This document shows, one piece after another, positions 10,744-20,440 of a stretch of 64,000 bases of DNA. Position numbers and translations under genes: made by a program. This DNA is from Thermodesulfobacteriota bacterium (GTDB lineage Bacteria; Desulfobacterota; Desulfobulbia; Desulfobulbales; SURF-16). Every line of letters starts with the position of its first letter. Positions within the stretch are counted from its first letter, which is position 1. The notes under the pieces were generated by a model. That model saw only the letters and a program-made list of their open reading frames with translations. It made no database searches and was not told where the DNA came from. The DNA is taken from the NCBI GenBank assembly GCA_049323935.1, contig JBMONN010000007.1:340-64339 (forward strand), given 5' to 3'.

Positions 10744-11028
10744 TCAACCCGACGCCACAGACAGCTCATCGGTTCGCAATGCACAACCCTCAACGCGGAG
10801 CGCCCTGTTCATTCTCTTGACTTTTTTTCGCAGCCCGGCCAGACATTGATCACTGGGGCAGCAATAACAGCCACGCCCGCCATTGATCTGCCCCTTGTCA
10901 ACGCTGATAACGCCATGATTGGCGGTAAAGCGAATCAACGACTTTTTGGAGCCTTTCAGACCGCAGACAACACAAGTCCGCTGCGGCTCCTGATGCGCCG
11001 GTCCAGGCGACTGAGAGAGATTTATCAT
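10744..11028 (-). CDS. ylxR: YlxR/DUF448 family RNA-binding protein
   Basis: 94 aa with RTCVVCG...LIRF...GRGCYCC pattern. Classical position between nusA and infB. Confidence 0.8.
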   Translation of the reverse strand: MINLSQSPGPAHQEPQRTCVVCGLKGSKKSLIRFTANHGVISVDKGQINGGRGCYCCPSDQCLAGLRKKVKRMNRALRVEGCALRTDELSVASG

Positions 11029-11031
11029 CCA

Positions 11032-12330
11032 TCACAGCCGATTGTCATCGTTAACGGATACCACCTGCTCCTCCCGCTCGGCGTCATTGATCTCGCCGGC
11101 CAACGCTGCCGCCGCCGCATCCTTCAGCACCAGAGCATCCTCAGCTCCACAGCCGATTAAGGAGGCAATCGCTTCCTCATTCGCGCGTGCCAACTCCTGA
11201 CACGAAACGATTCCACCGTCATAAAGCAATTCCGCCGCTTTCTCGCTCATCCCGCGGACACTGAGGAGAGACTGGAAGCCAGCTTCCTGCATCCGGGCAT
11301 AGCGCTGTTCGCTTTTCACATCAATGCGCCACCCCAGCAGCAACGAGGCAAGTCGGACATTCTGCCCCTGGCGACCGATGGCAAGCGACAGCTGATCGTC
11401 CGGAACGACGACAAGCAGTGTTTTTTTGTCCTCATCCACCACCACCATGGAGACCTGCGCCGGAGCCAAGGCATTGGAAACATATTTTGCCGGGTCCGGA
11501 CTCCAAGGGACGATATCGATCTTCTCCCCCTGCAATTCCTGAACGACATTCTGCACCCGCGACCCCTTCATGCCGACACAGGCGCCGACCGGATCCACAT
11601 CTGATTCCGAAGAGGCGACGGCGATCTTGGCCCGCGATCCCGGTTCACGGCAGGCACTGATAATCTTGACAATTCCCTCGGCGATTTCGGGCACTTCCAT
11701 TTCAAAGAGCTTAATCAGAAACTCCTTGCAGGTGCGACTCAAAACAAGCTGCTGATCGCGAACATCCTGGCGCACCTCCAGCAGATATGCGCGGATCCGA
11801 TCCCCCTGACGATAGGAACGGCGGGGCATCTGCTCCTTCTTGGGCAAAACCGCATCGGTACGGCCGAGGTTGACTATGATGTTGCCCCGTTCAAATCGCT
11901 GGACAATGCCATTGACGATCTCGCCCTTGCGATCCCGATACATCTCGAAGACGACATCCTTTTCCGCATCCTTCATCTTCTGGATGATAACCTGCTTGGC
12001 AGACTGGGCGGCAATCCGACCGAGGTCGGCGACGTTCTCCATCTTGGAACCAAGCTCATCGCCGAGCTCCACCTCCGGGTCGAGGCGCAACGCCTCTTCC
12101 AGCGACACCTCGGTCTGCTCATCCTCAACATGTTCCACCACCTTGCGGAACTGAAAGAGCTCAACCTCGCCCATGTCCTCATTGAACTTGACTTCGATAT
12201 CCCGCCGGGCGCCATATCGTTTTTTGGCAGCGGAAAGCACAGCCTCTTCGAGGGCCTCAACAAGCAACTGCCGATCGATGCCCTTATCGCGACTGATCTG
12301 ATCGATGATACGTTTTAAATCTGTCACCAT
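11032..12330 (-). CDS. nusA: Transcription termination/antitermination factor NusA
   Basis: 432 aa with an N-terminal domain, S1 and two KH regions (ACVGMKGSRVQNVVQEL, AIGRQGQNVRLAS). Confidence 0.97.
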   Translation of the reverse strand: MVTDLKRIIDQISRDKGIDRQLLVEALEEAVLSAAKKRYGARRDIEVKFNEDMGEVELFQFRKVVEHVEDEQTEVSLEEALRLDPEVELGDELGSKMENVADLGRIAAQSAKQVIIQKMKDAEKDVVFEMYRDRKGEIVNGIVQRFERGNIIVNLGRTDAVLPKKEQMPRRSYRQGDRIRAYLLEVRQDVRDQQLVLSRTCKEFLIKLFEMEVPEIAEGIVKIISACREPGSRAKIAVASSESDVDPVGACVGMKGSRVQNVVQELQGEKIDIVPWSPDPAKYVSNALAPAQVSMVVVDEDKKTLLVVVPDDQLSLAIGRQGQNVRLASLLLGWRIDVKSEQRYARMQEAGFQSLLSVRGMSEKAAELLYDGGIVSCQELARANEEAIASLIGCGAEDALVLKDAAAAALAGEINDAEREEQVVSVNDDNRL

Positions 12331-12405
12331 TCCCCTTCTCCACAGTTTCAGCCACAGTGGCCTGTAAAAGCGGGCCGAACCGGCTCACGGACCGGTTGCG
12401 TACAG

Positions 12406-12870
12406 TTAAAATTCAATTTCGCGCCGCGCCTTTTTAATATCAGCCAAGGCAAAAGACAGATAACCTGCCGGGGTCTGCAGCCTGACTACACCATCACGCA
12501 CATCAGCCACGACTCCGCTATGGGTTACTCCCTGACCTGCAGCATCAACTTTCAGGGTTATCTTTTCACCGAGGGCGCGGATAAAGTCCTTTTCCGTTTT
12601 CAACGGCCGGTCCAAACCGGGCGAGGAAACCTCCAGGTGGTATTTCTCGGCAATAAGATCTTCAACATCAAGAAGGTGGCCAACTTCACGACTGACCCGC
12701 GCACAATCATCGATACCGACCCCATCCTTCCGGTAAATGACGATGCGCAGCACCATTCCGACCTGTTCCTGACGGAACTGCACGTCAACCAGCTCCAAGC
12801 CGGACTCCATCAGCACCGGGTCGACGATTTGTGCCACTTCGTCGGCAATACGTTGTCTGTATGATTCCAT
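12406..12870 (-). CDS. rimP: Ribosome maturation factor RimP
   Basis: 154 aa. EVSSPGLDRPL motif. Upstream of nusA. Confidence 0.9.
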   Translation of the reverse strand: MESYRQRIADEVAQIVDPVLMESGLELVDVQFRQEQVGMVLRIVIYRKDGVGIDDCARVSREVGHLLDVEDLIAEKYHLEVSSPGLDRPLKTEKDFIRALGEKITLKVDAAGQGVTHSGVVADVRDGVVRLQTPAGYLSFALADIKKARREIEF

Positions 12871-13208
12871 TGTTTACGCTGCGCAGATTTCGCCATTCTT
12901 TTCCGAACCGGTTACTGCCGATGCGGACCGGTGCCAGAGCCAGCATTTGACCGCCGCCAAAATAAAAAAAGCGGGCAGCGCCCACTTTGCCGCGGACAGC
13001 AAACGAGTGCCATCCAGCCGGTGCCTGCGCAGGTGCGCATCATCCGGCATTGTCAGCGACACTGCCGGGATCAGCCTGCCGACACGCACTTGCTGCATGT
13101 CGGCCGCCAATCCACCCCTTAACACGTCCCTCAGCGGGAAATCTCTGTCATGGGAAAGCGGAATACGGCTTTTTCACCGCCTCCACTTCTCGTGCAGCGC
13201 ACACTATG

Positions 13209-13240
13209 CAAAAGGCCCGCTCCTAGGGGGAAAAGGGCCT
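13209..13240 (-). terminator. Weak terminator/processing hairpin just 3' of tRNA-Gly
   Basis: 6-bp stem GGGCCT/AGGCCC (13235-13240 / 13213-13218) with a 16-nt loop, followed on the minus strand by TTTG. The short U tract gives only weak support. Confidence 0.3.
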
Positions 13241-13248
13241 GGCCATTC

Positions 13249-13324
13249 TGGAGCGGACAACGGGATTCGAACCCGCGACACCAAGCTTGGGAAGCTTGTA
13301 CTCTACCAGCTGAGCTACGTCCGC
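13249..13324 (-). tRNA. tRNA-Gly (anticodon CCC)
   Basis: 76-nt cloverleaf folded by hand: GCGGACG/TA/GCTC-AGCTGGTA-GAGT/A/CAAGC-TTCCCAA-GCTTG/GTGTC/GCGGG-TTCGAAT-CCCGT/TGTCCGC/T/CCA. CCA is encoded. Confidence 0.92.
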
Positions 13325-13341
13325 ACTGAAGTAAATAGAAC

Positions 13342-13369
13342 ACTATACCTTTTTTTTTCTTCTTGTCAA
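13342..13369 (-). promoter_or_regulatory. Near-consensus sigma70-type promoter for tRNA-Gly
   Basis: On the minus strand, TTGACA (13369-13364), a 16-nt A-rich spacer, then TATAGT (13347-13342). The -10 element ends 17 nt before the mature tRNA 5' end. Confidence 0.55.
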
Positions 13370-13446
13370 GCAGTGTCTCTGCTCCACAAAATGGCGGAGG
13401 ATCGTATGATTGGGCGGGTGGAGGCGGGGCAATCAGCAGGGAGCAG

Positions 13447-13483
13447 CCGGGATGACTCTTTTAACAGAAAAGGATCATCCCGG
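13447..13483 (-). terminator. Hairpin downstream of nuoN (possible operon-end structure; no U tract)
   Basis: 9-bp stem CCGGGATGA (13447-13455) / TCATCCCGG (13475-13483), extendable by about 5 more pairs. Lies 36 nt past the nuoN stop. No T-run follows on the minus strand, so it is not a canonical intrinsic terminator. Confidence 0.3.
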
Positions 13484-13518
13484 GGTCGAGCCCTCATGCC
13501 TGCCGCTCGGAGGGGAAA

Positions 13519-14940
13519 TTAAAGGATTGTTCGGACGGCGCTGGTGGCGATCTCCAGAATCTGCTTTGGCGCTACCCCCATCACAATGATAACGACGATG
13601 AGGGCAATACTGACAAAACGGGTCATGAAGTCAATCCGCACATCCGGTCTCTCCTCGGGGGAGCTGCAGAAGGCGACCCGAACCACGGACAGATAATAGT
13701 AAATAGCAATGGCGGTATTCAGGGCGGCCAGGATGACCAAGGTAAGATGGCCAGCTTTCAGTGCCCCGGTCAGCAGCATAAACTTGCCCATGAAACCGAC
13801 AAACGGCGGGATACCGGCCAGCGCCATCATGCCGACCAGCAGGGTCAAGGCCAATAGTGGTGCACGTTTGTAGAGCCCGCTGAGATCCTCGACAAGGACA
13901 TTCTCGCCGTCTCGTGATACCTTGCAGATGACGACAAAGCAGGCAAGGTTCATAAAGAGATAACCGGCGATGTAATACATTGAGGTGGCAAAGCCGGCGG
14001 CATCAAGGGTGAGAAGGCCAAGCAGGACAAATCCCGCATGGGAAATACCGGAAAAACCGAGCATTCGCTTCACGTCCTTCTGAACAAGGGCGGAGAGATT
14101 TCCGTAAAACATGGAGCAAACGGCAAGGATCATCAGCATGGTTACCACCGTTTCGCCGGCATGAGGGGCAATCAGGGTGGTGATCCGGATCAGCAGGGCG
14201 ACCGCTCCCAATTTAGGAATAGAAGCGATAAAAGCTGTGGTGGCGTTTGATGCGCCTTGATAAACATCCGGAACCCAGAAGTGAAATGGAAAGACGGCGA
14301 GCTTATAGAAAAAGCCGCTCATGAAGAGGGCGATGGCCAGCATCGCTGTCGGCGAAGAGGCGATGCCATGCAGTTTCGGAACCAAGGCATTCAGATAGGT
14401 TGTGCCGGTCAGCCCGAAGATGAAGCTCATACCATACAGCATTATTGCAGTAGCGAGAGCGCCGAAAAGTATATACTTGATGCCGGCCTCCATTTGCATA
14501 CGCAACCCCTTATGGTCGCTGCGCATCGGGACCATAAGGTACAGAGAATAAGAGGAGAGTTCGAGGGCGATGAACAGGGTCAGCAGCTCGACACTGCTGA
14601 CCAGCATGACAAGCCCAACCATACTGAGGATCATAAAGAGATAATATTCAGGCTGGACGTCATCATCAACACCCTTCAGCTCACTGCCGAGAACCAGTAC
14701 CGCCACCAAGCCGACAGACATGGCAAATTTAAAAACCTGCGAAAAAAGATCGATGCGATAGGCATCAAAGAAAAGATTCCCCTCCAGTCGCAGCGTTGCG
14801 AAGCTCAGTATGCTCGACGCGATTGCAAGCACGAGGGCGACGTTTTTCGCAACCTTTCCCTTTCCCTTTCCCTCTCCCAGGGTGAGACAGAAGAGTACCA
14901 GACTTCCCGTCAGCAGTAATAATTCTGGTGCAAACAACAT
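13519..14940 (-). CDS. nuoN: Complex I antiporter-like subunit N
   Basis: 473 aa polytopic membrane protein. NuoN-type motif LTLFIALELSSYSLYLMV. Last gene of the operon. Confidence 0.9.
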   Translation of the reverse strand: MLFAPELLLLTGSLVLFCLTLGEGKGKGKVAKNVALVLAIASSILSFATLRLEGNLFFDAYRIDLFSQVFKFAMSVGLVAVLVLGSELKGVDDDVQPEYYLFMILSMVGLVMLVSSVELLTLFIALELSSYSLYLMVPMRSDHKGLRMQMEAGIKYILFGALATAIMLYGMSFIFGLTGTTYLNALVPKLHGIASSPTAMLAIALFMSGFFYKLAVFPFHFWVPDVYQGASNATTAFIASIPKLGAVALLIRITTLIAPHAGETVVTMLMILAVCSMFYGNLSALVQKDVKRMLGFSGISHAGFVLLGLLTLDAAGFATSMYYIAGYLFMNLACFVVICKVSRDGENVLVEDLSGLYKRAPLLALTLLVGMMALAGIPPFVGFMGKFMLLTGALKAGHLTLVILAALNTAIAIYYYLSVVRVAFCSSPEERPDVRIDFMTRFVSIALIVVIIVMGVAPKQILEIATSAVRTIL

Positions 14941-15013
14941 GTGTTTTCCTTATAGAGCTATGCCTGTATTCTTCAGCAAGCGGCCGCTGGCCGCTTGCCG
15001 CCAGATAATCACG

Positions 15014-16525
15014 TTACGGAACCATGTTCAGAGCCAGATGAGCCGCCTTTGCCATATTCACCTGTTCCAGCAGCGAATCAACACTGGTGTGCATCACGCT
15101 GAGAAAGGGTTCGGGAGCCAACCCGATCCAGAATACAAAGAAGAGCAGCGGCGTCAGGGTGACGATCTCCCGCAGATTCAGATCAGCGATGTCGGGCCTC
15201 CCCGGACCTTTGAACAGAACATACTGGAGCAGACGCATCATATAGGCCGCAGCCAGTATGGCACCGGGGATCGCTGCCCCGGCAATAATTTTGTTGACGC
15301 TGAAGGCCCCGGCCAGCACCATGAACTCGCCGACAAAACTGTTGGTGGCCGGAAAGGCCAGCGAGGACAGAGAAAAAATGGTCAGAAAGGAGACGAAGAT
15401 CGGCAGATTCTGGGCAATGCCGGAATGGTCCTTGAGTTCGCGGCTGTGAGTGCGCTCATACATCATGCCGACGCAGAGGAAGAGGGCGCCGGTGGTGACA
15501 CCATGATTGATCATCTGCAAAATAGCTCCCTCAACCCCGTTCCGGTTCAGAAAAAAGATACCAAGGGTGACAAAGCCCATGTGACCGACACTGGAGTAGG
15601 CAATGAGCTTCTTCATGTCGGACTGGGCCAGGGCGGTGAAACCGCCGTAGAGAATGGCGGCTACCGACATCCAGAGGATATAGGGGCCGAGGTTAAGGGT
15701 GGCGAGTGGAGTAATCGGCAGACAAAAGCGCAGAAAACCGTAGGTGCCCATTTTCAGCAGGATACTGGCCAGGATAACACTGCCGGCGGTGGGCGCTTCG
15801 ACATGAGCCGCCGGTAACCAGGTATGAAAAGGAAACATCGGCACCTTGATGGCAAAGGCCAGGAAAAAGGCGAGAAAGACCCAGATCTGGAAGGTAGTTG
15901 AATAGCCCTGGCCCATCATCAGCGGAATTGAGAAGGTGCCGGTGTGCAGGTAAAGGGCGATGATCGCCACAAGCAGCATAACGGAGCCGGCCAGAGTGTA
16001 GAGAAAAAACTTGATGGAGGCGTAAATCTTCCGGGGTCCGCCCCAGACCCCGATGAGCAGGTACATGGGAATGAGCATCGCTTCCCAGAGAATATAGAAG
16101 AGGACAAAATCCAGTGCCATGAAAACGCCGAGCATAGCGGTTTCCATGATGAGGAGACAGACCATGAACTCCTTGACCCGCTTCTGGATGTATGTCCAGG
16201 AGCCGAGCACGCAAAGCGGCATAATAAAGGTGGTGAGCAGCACAAGCAGCAGGCTGATCCCGTCTATCCCCAGGGTATAGTTGATGTTGAGCGCCGGAAT
16301 CCAGCTCATATGTTCGCCGAACTGGTATTTGGCGGTGGTCGCATCAAACCCGCTGTAGAGTGGAAAGGAGATGACCGCGGTGATGGTGGTGACCATCATG
16401 GTCCAGATCCGCTGGACATTTTCCCCTGGCAGGAAGAGCAGGATAAACGCACCGGCCAGGGGGAGAAATATCAGGGTGCTCAACAGGGGAAACCCTTCGT
16501 TCATGATTAGAAAATCCATTCCCAC
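15014..16525 (-). CDS. nuoM: Complex I antiporter-like subunit M
   Basis: 503 aa. NuoM-type motif FVLFYILWEAMLIPMYLLIGVWGG, then PMFPFHTWLPAAHVEAPTAGSVILA. Confidence 0.9.
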   Translation of the reverse strand: MGMDFLIMNEGFPLLSTLIFLPLAGAFILLFLPGENVQRIWTMMVTTITAVISFPLYSGFDATTAKYQFGEHMSWIPALNINYTLGIDGISLLLVLLTTFIMPLCVLGSWTYIQKRVKEFMVCLLIMETAMLGVFMALDFVLFYILWEAMLIPMYLLIGVWGGPRKIYASIKFFLYTLAGSVMLLVAIIALYLHTGTFSIPLMMGQGYSTTFQIWVFLAFFLAFAIKVPMFPFHTWLPAAHVEAPTAGSVILASILLKMGTYGFLRFCLPITPLATLNLGPYILWMSVAAILYGGFTALAQSDMKKLIAYSSVGHMGFVTLGIFFLNRNGVEGAILQMINHGVTTGALFLCVGMMYERTHSRELKDHSGIAQNLPIFVSFLTIFSLSSLAFPATNSFVGEFMVLAGAFSVNKIIAGAAIPGAILAAAYMMRLLQYVLFKGPGRPDIADLNLREIVTLTPLLFFVFWIGLAPEPFLSVMHTSVDSLLEQVNMAKAAHLALNMVP

Positions 16526-16583
16526 TATCCTCTGTTCACTCTATTATTCTTGTAATACCCATGAAAAATTCTTTTCGTCATCA

Positions 16584-18377
16584 TCAGGCAAAGACAAAGA
16601 CCAGAACCGCGGCAGCTGCCATGGATGCCGCAAAAAAAATGCTGTACTGAATGTTGCCTGCCTGCAGGCGGCGCATGGCCCCGCCGATGTTCCGGACCGT
16701 CCGGGCCGTGCCGTCGACGACACCGTCAATAGCATGCCAGTCAAACCATGACCAGAATTTGGAAATGGTCATCAACGGCAACAGACCGATGACGCGGTAA
16801 ATCTCGCCGACAGCGGTGTCAATGAACTGAAAGACCCTGGTGTCGACCCAGAGAAAGGCACGACCGCCCATCCGGTAAAACCAGTCAAGATCGAGGCTGA
16901 TGGTGGGAGTGGGCTCCAGGTACCGTTTCAGCAGAAAAAAGATGAGTCCGGTGCCGCCGATGATCTGCAAGGTCTCTGACAGATGGTAGGCAGTGTAGGG
17001 TTGATAGTCCACCGGAAAGGGCAGCATATTGTAAAGATAGGCGGTATAACAGCCGATAAAGGCACAGAGCACCGAGGCGATAGCCATGGCTGCCTGCATG
17101 TTCCAGGGCGGATCAGCCGCCTTTTCCCAGCGCTCGCTCGTGCAGTTGTTCTTGCCGAACCAGATGTAGTAAGGCACCTTGAGACCGGCGAGCAGGAACG
17201 TTCCGGCTGAAGCGAGAAGCAGGGCGAAGGCGGCCCACAGATTGTGGGAGGAAAAACCGGCGGCAATGATCATCGATTTGCTGACAAAGCCGCTGAAGAG
17301 CGGAAAGCCGGCAATGGACAAACCGCCAATCAAGGTAAAGAAAAAGGTGCGTGGCATCTTCTTGTAGAGGCCGCCCAGTTCGGTCAGTTTACCGGTGCCG
17401 GTCATATACAGCACGGAACCGGTGCCCATGAAGAGCAGGCCATTGTAAAGAATATGGGCAAAAGCATGAGCGGTGGCGCCATTAATGGCAAGTTCAGAGC
17501 CGATGCCGACGCCGACCACCATATAACCGACCTGACTCACCGTATCCCAGGCGAAGATGCGGCGACTGTCGTTTTCAATGACACCGTAAATAACCCCGTA
17601 AAGGGCCATGATCGCCCCCAGGGGAATCAGGATATCCATACCGGCAAACCCCCGGGCCAGGACATAAACCGCAGTTTTGGTAGTGAATGCGCACATGAAG
17701 ACGGCTCCGGCGACGCTTGCCTCAGCATAGGCATCGGGCAGCCAAGAGTGAAATGGAGGGACCGCTGCGTTGACGATAAAACCGATGAGGATGAGGTAGG
17801 TGGCGAGGCTCGGCATGTCAACCCCGATGGGCCCGAAGCTCAGATCACCGCCGGTGGTATAGTAACGCAAGACAAAGCCGGCGAGCAAAAAGAGGCCACC
17901 GATGGTATGAATGAGCAAATAGCGATAGCCGGTGGCAATCGACTGCGGCCCTTTCCGGTACCAGACCAGGAAAACCGAGGCAAAGGCCATCAACTCCCAG
18001 AAAAGAAAGAGGACAACATAATCGCCGCAGAGAATGACGCCGAGGGAGCCGGCAACATAGTACCAGGCGGCGACGATCTGGCCGTCTTCTTCGACGTTGA
18101 GGGCAAAAAGGCTCCCGATGATGCACATCAGCGACATGATGTAGGCAAACACCTGGCTGAGGGCGTCAACCCTGGCAAAAGTCAGATGCCAATCGAGAAA
18201 CTGCACCACACCGTAAACCCCCTTGTCCATGAAAAGCACGGTAAGGAAGGTGACTGTGGGGACAATCAGCAGATAGGCCTTGCGAGCCGCGCCACGCAGG
18301 CAGGGCACCAGCAGCCCGCCAAGAATCAGGATCAGGGACGGATGCATCCAGAAATTATTCATCGTAATAATCCTCAC
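16584..18377 (-). CDS. nuoL: NuoL-position antiporter-like subunit with a C-terminal lateral-helix-like region
   Basis: 597 aa. Antiporter core (LFLFWELMAFASVFLVWY, PPFHSWLPDAYAEASVAGAVFM). The C-terminal roughly 110 aa (DWFYRMGGRAF...IDGVVDGTARTVRNIGGAMRRLQAGNIQYSIFFAASMAAAAVLVFVFA) resembles the NuoL/MrpA amphipathic helix plus final TM anchor. It lacks the canonical NuoL WEGVGL signature, so L-like is the safer label. Confidence 0.75.
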   Translation of the reverse strand: MRIITMNNFWMHPSLILILGGLLVPCLRGAARKAYLLIVPTVTFLTVLFMDKGVYGVVQFLDWHLTFARVDALSQVFAYIMSLMCIIGSLFALNVEEDGQIVAAWYYVAGSLGVILCGDYVVLFLFWELMAFASVFLVWYRKGPQSIATGYRYLLIHTIGGLFLLAGFVLRYYTTGGDLSFGPIGVDMPSLATYLILIGFIVNAAVPPFHSWLPDAYAEASVAGAVFMCAFTTKTAVYVLARGFAGMDILIPLGAIMALYGVIYGVIENDSRRIFAWDTVSQVGYMVVGVGIGSELAINGATAHAFAHILYNGLLFMGTGSVLYMTGTGKLTELGGLYKKMPRTFFFTLIGGLSIAGFPLFSGFVSKSMIIAAGFSSHNLWAAFALLLASAGTFLLAGLKVPYYIWFGKNNCTSERWEKAADPPWNMQAAMAIASVLCAFIGCYTAYLYNMLPFPVDYQPYTAYHLSETLQIIGGTGLIFFLLKRYLEPTPTISLDLDWFYRMGGRAFLWVDTRVFQFIDTAVGEIYRVIGLLPLMTISKFWSWFDWHAIDGVVDGTARTVRNIGGAMRRLQAGNIQYSIFFAASMAAAAVLVFVFA

Positions 18378-18606
18378 GGGTCATGATTCCCAAACTACCG
18401 AGAAAACGGGCGAGAAGGATGAGCGCCGCGCCACCGAACAGGCCGAAAAAGGTCCAGAAAAAGGGCAGTTTCTCCATATCGGTGTGGGCATGGCTGGTAT
18501 CAACCATGAATGATCCCCAGAAGGCGATCACAACGATCATGACAAGACAGGCGATGATGGTCGCCTTCAAGCGATCGCGGAAAAATTGAATAAACGAGGT
18601 TATCAT
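18355..18606 (-). CDS. Small two-TM membrane protein of unknown function inside the nuo operon
   Basis: 83-aa ORF MITSFIQFFRDRLKATIIACLVMIVVIAFWGSF...LPFFWTFFGLFGGAALILLARFLGSLGIMTREDYYDE. Two hydrophobic spans. Its start overlaps the upstream stop by 4 nt, and the downstream gene starts 23 nt before its stop. Coding status is inferred from coupling and hydrophobicity only. Confidence 0.5.
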   Translation of the reverse strand: MITSFIQFFRDRLKATIIACLVMIVVIAFWGSFMVDTSHAHTDMEKLPFFWTFFGLFGGAALILLARFLGSLGIMTREDYYDE

Positions 18607-20102
18607 CCTATCACCGCCTTAACGAAGTTCATGAAAAAATCCGGATAGATACCGATTATAACCGAGATAATCGACGCTGTGAACAGCGGCACCACCATGG
18701 AGAGCGGCGCCTCCTTTACCCCCTCGTAGGGCTCGCCGGCCGGCCGCGGCCCGAAAAAGGCCTTGTAGGCGACCGGAGCAAAATAGCCGACGTTGAGCAA
18801 TGTACTGGCAAGCAGCACCAGCAGGATGCCAAGGGAGCCCGACTCGATGGTGCCGACCAGCAGCTCCCATTTGGTGACAAAGCCCGCCACCGGCGGAGCG
18901 CCGATCATGCTCAACGAGGCAATGGCAAAGGCAGCAAAGGTAAAGGGCATGGTCCGCCCCAGTCCGCTCATCTCCGAGATGTTCTTTTTGTGAGTGGCGA
19001 CATAGATGGCGCCGGCGCAGAAGAAGAGAGTGATCTTGGAGAAGGCGTGGTTGGCGATGTGGATGAGACCGCCGGCGATGCCGTGCGGAGTCAGCAGGCA
19101 GACGCCGAGAATGATGTAGGAGAGCTGACTCACGGTTGAATAGGCGAGCCTCGCCTTCAGATTATCCTTGGTCAGCGCGATGACCGAGGCCATGACAATG
19201 GTGAAGCCGACAAAATAGGCGGTGGGGATACCGAGATTCAACGCTCCCATCAGGTCGGTGCCGAAGACGTAGAGCATGACCCGGGCGGTGGAGAAGACAC
19301 CGACCTTGACGACCGCCACCGCATGAAGCAGGGCGCTGACCGGGGTTGGAGCGACCATGGCGCCTGGGAGCCAGTGGTGGAAAGGCATGACGCCGTTCTT
19401 GGCAAAGCCGAAAAGACAGAAGATAAAGAGCATGGTGACGAGCGCCCCGTTGGCCCCGTCCGGGATGATGCCGGTATTGATGTTATGGGGAAAATCCAGT
19501 GAGCCGGTCAGCACGTAAATAATGGCCAGGGCGGGCAGCAGAAAGGCCTTGGCCGTGGTAGTCAGATAGACGATGTACTTCTTGGCGCCCTCGTAAGCCT
19601 CTTCGTCCTGGTGATGGGCGACCAGCGGGTAGGTGCAGACGCTGACGATCTCGTAGAAGAGATACAAGGTGAAGAGATTGTCGGAGAAGGCGACACCGAT
19701 GGCGCCGAAGATGGCGATGGCAAAACAGGTGTTAAAACGGGTCTGGGCGTGTTCATGGAGGCCGCGCATATAGCCCATGGAGTAGAAGGCGGCGGCAATC
19801 CACAGCGACGAGGCAACCAGGGCAAAAATCATCGAGAGGGCGTCGGCCCGCAGGGTGACGGTGATACCCGGCAGGATCTTGAACATCTGGTAATAAAGGG
19901 TTTTGCCGGCGAGCACCGGAGAAATGAGACTGGCGACCAGGGAAAAGAGAATAACGGCGGAAACCACGGACCAGGTCTCGCGCAGATTGGGTTTCTTCCC
20001 GGAGAGGGACACCAGAAACGAGCCCAGCAGGGGAACGATCAGGGTCCAGACCAATTTACTCGTGGTGACAATCTCGCCTGTTGCGGCGCTGACGGTTTCC
20101 AT
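18603..20102 (-). CDS. Additional MrpD/NuoM-like antiporter subunit
   Basis: 499 aa. Motifs DNLFTLYLFYEIVSVCTYPLV and MPFHHWLPGAMVAPTPVSALLHAVAVVKVG. No C-terminal lateral-helix extension. Starts 15 nt after the nuoK stop. Confidence 0.8.
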   Translation of the reverse strand: METVSAATGEIVTTSKLVWTLIVPLLGSFLVSLSGKKPNLRETWSVVSAVILFSLVASLISPVLAGKTLYYQMFKILPGITVTLRADALSMIFALVASSLWIAAAFYSMGYMRGLHEHAQTRFNTCFAIAIFGAIGVAFSDNLFTLYLFYEIVSVCTYPLVAHHQDEEAYEGAKKYIVYLTTTAKAFLLPALAIIYVLTGSLDFPHNINTGIIPDGANGALVTMLFIFCLFGFAKNGVMPFHHWLPGAMVAPTPVSALLHAVAVVKVGVFSTARVMLYVFGTDLMGALNLGIPTAYFVGFTIVMASVIALTKDNLKARLAYSTVSQLSYIILGVCLLTPHGIAGGLIHIANHAFSKITLFFCAGAIYVATHKKNISEMSGLGRTMPFTFAAFAIASLSMIGAPPVAGFVTKWELLVGTIESGSLGILLVLLASTLLNVGYFAPVAYKAFFGPRPAGEPYEGVKEAPLSMVVPLFTASIISVIIGIYPDFFMNFVKAVIG

Positions 20103-20116
20103 GATTTTCCTCGATG

Positions 20117-20440
20117 CTATCCGTTAAGTTCAACCAGATCTTCGGTTTCAATGGACTTGTAATTTCTATAAACAGCCAGCACGATGCTCAGCGCAATGGC
20201 GGCCTCGGCCGCAGCAATGGCCATGATGAACAGGGTGATAATCTGACCGACAGTAGGATCCGGTGCAAGAAAACGGTTGAACGCCATGAAGTTGATCGAG
20301 GCGCCGCTTAATACGAGCTCCACGGCGATCAGCATGCCGATCAGGCTGGGACGACGCAGGAGACCAAAGATGCCAAAACCGAAGAGCACGGCACCGATAA
20401 TGAGATATGTATTGAGGTGGCTGCTGAGTGTCAACATCAC
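20117..20440 (-). CDS. nuoK: Complex I subunit K
   Basis: 107 aa with three TM segments, ND4L/NuoK-like (EAAIALSIVLAVYR). ATGA overlap with nuoJ. Confidence 0.9.
   Translation of the reverse strand: MMLTLSSHLNTYLIIGAVLFGFGIFGLLRRPSLIGMLIAVELVLSGASINFMAFNRFLAPDPTVGQIITLFIMAIAAAEAAIALSIVLAVYRNYKSIETEDLVELNG

Noticed and set aside
9181-11160. 659-aa plus-strand ORF across infB, ylxR and the nusA end
   Set aside because: It lies antisense to three well-supported genes and spans their intergenic gaps. The composition is Leu/Arg/Phe-rich shadow-frame sequence.
12947-13522. 191-aa plus-strand ORF
   Set aside because: It covers the reverse complement of tRNA-Gly and its promoter and terminator region. 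It has no SD or motifs.
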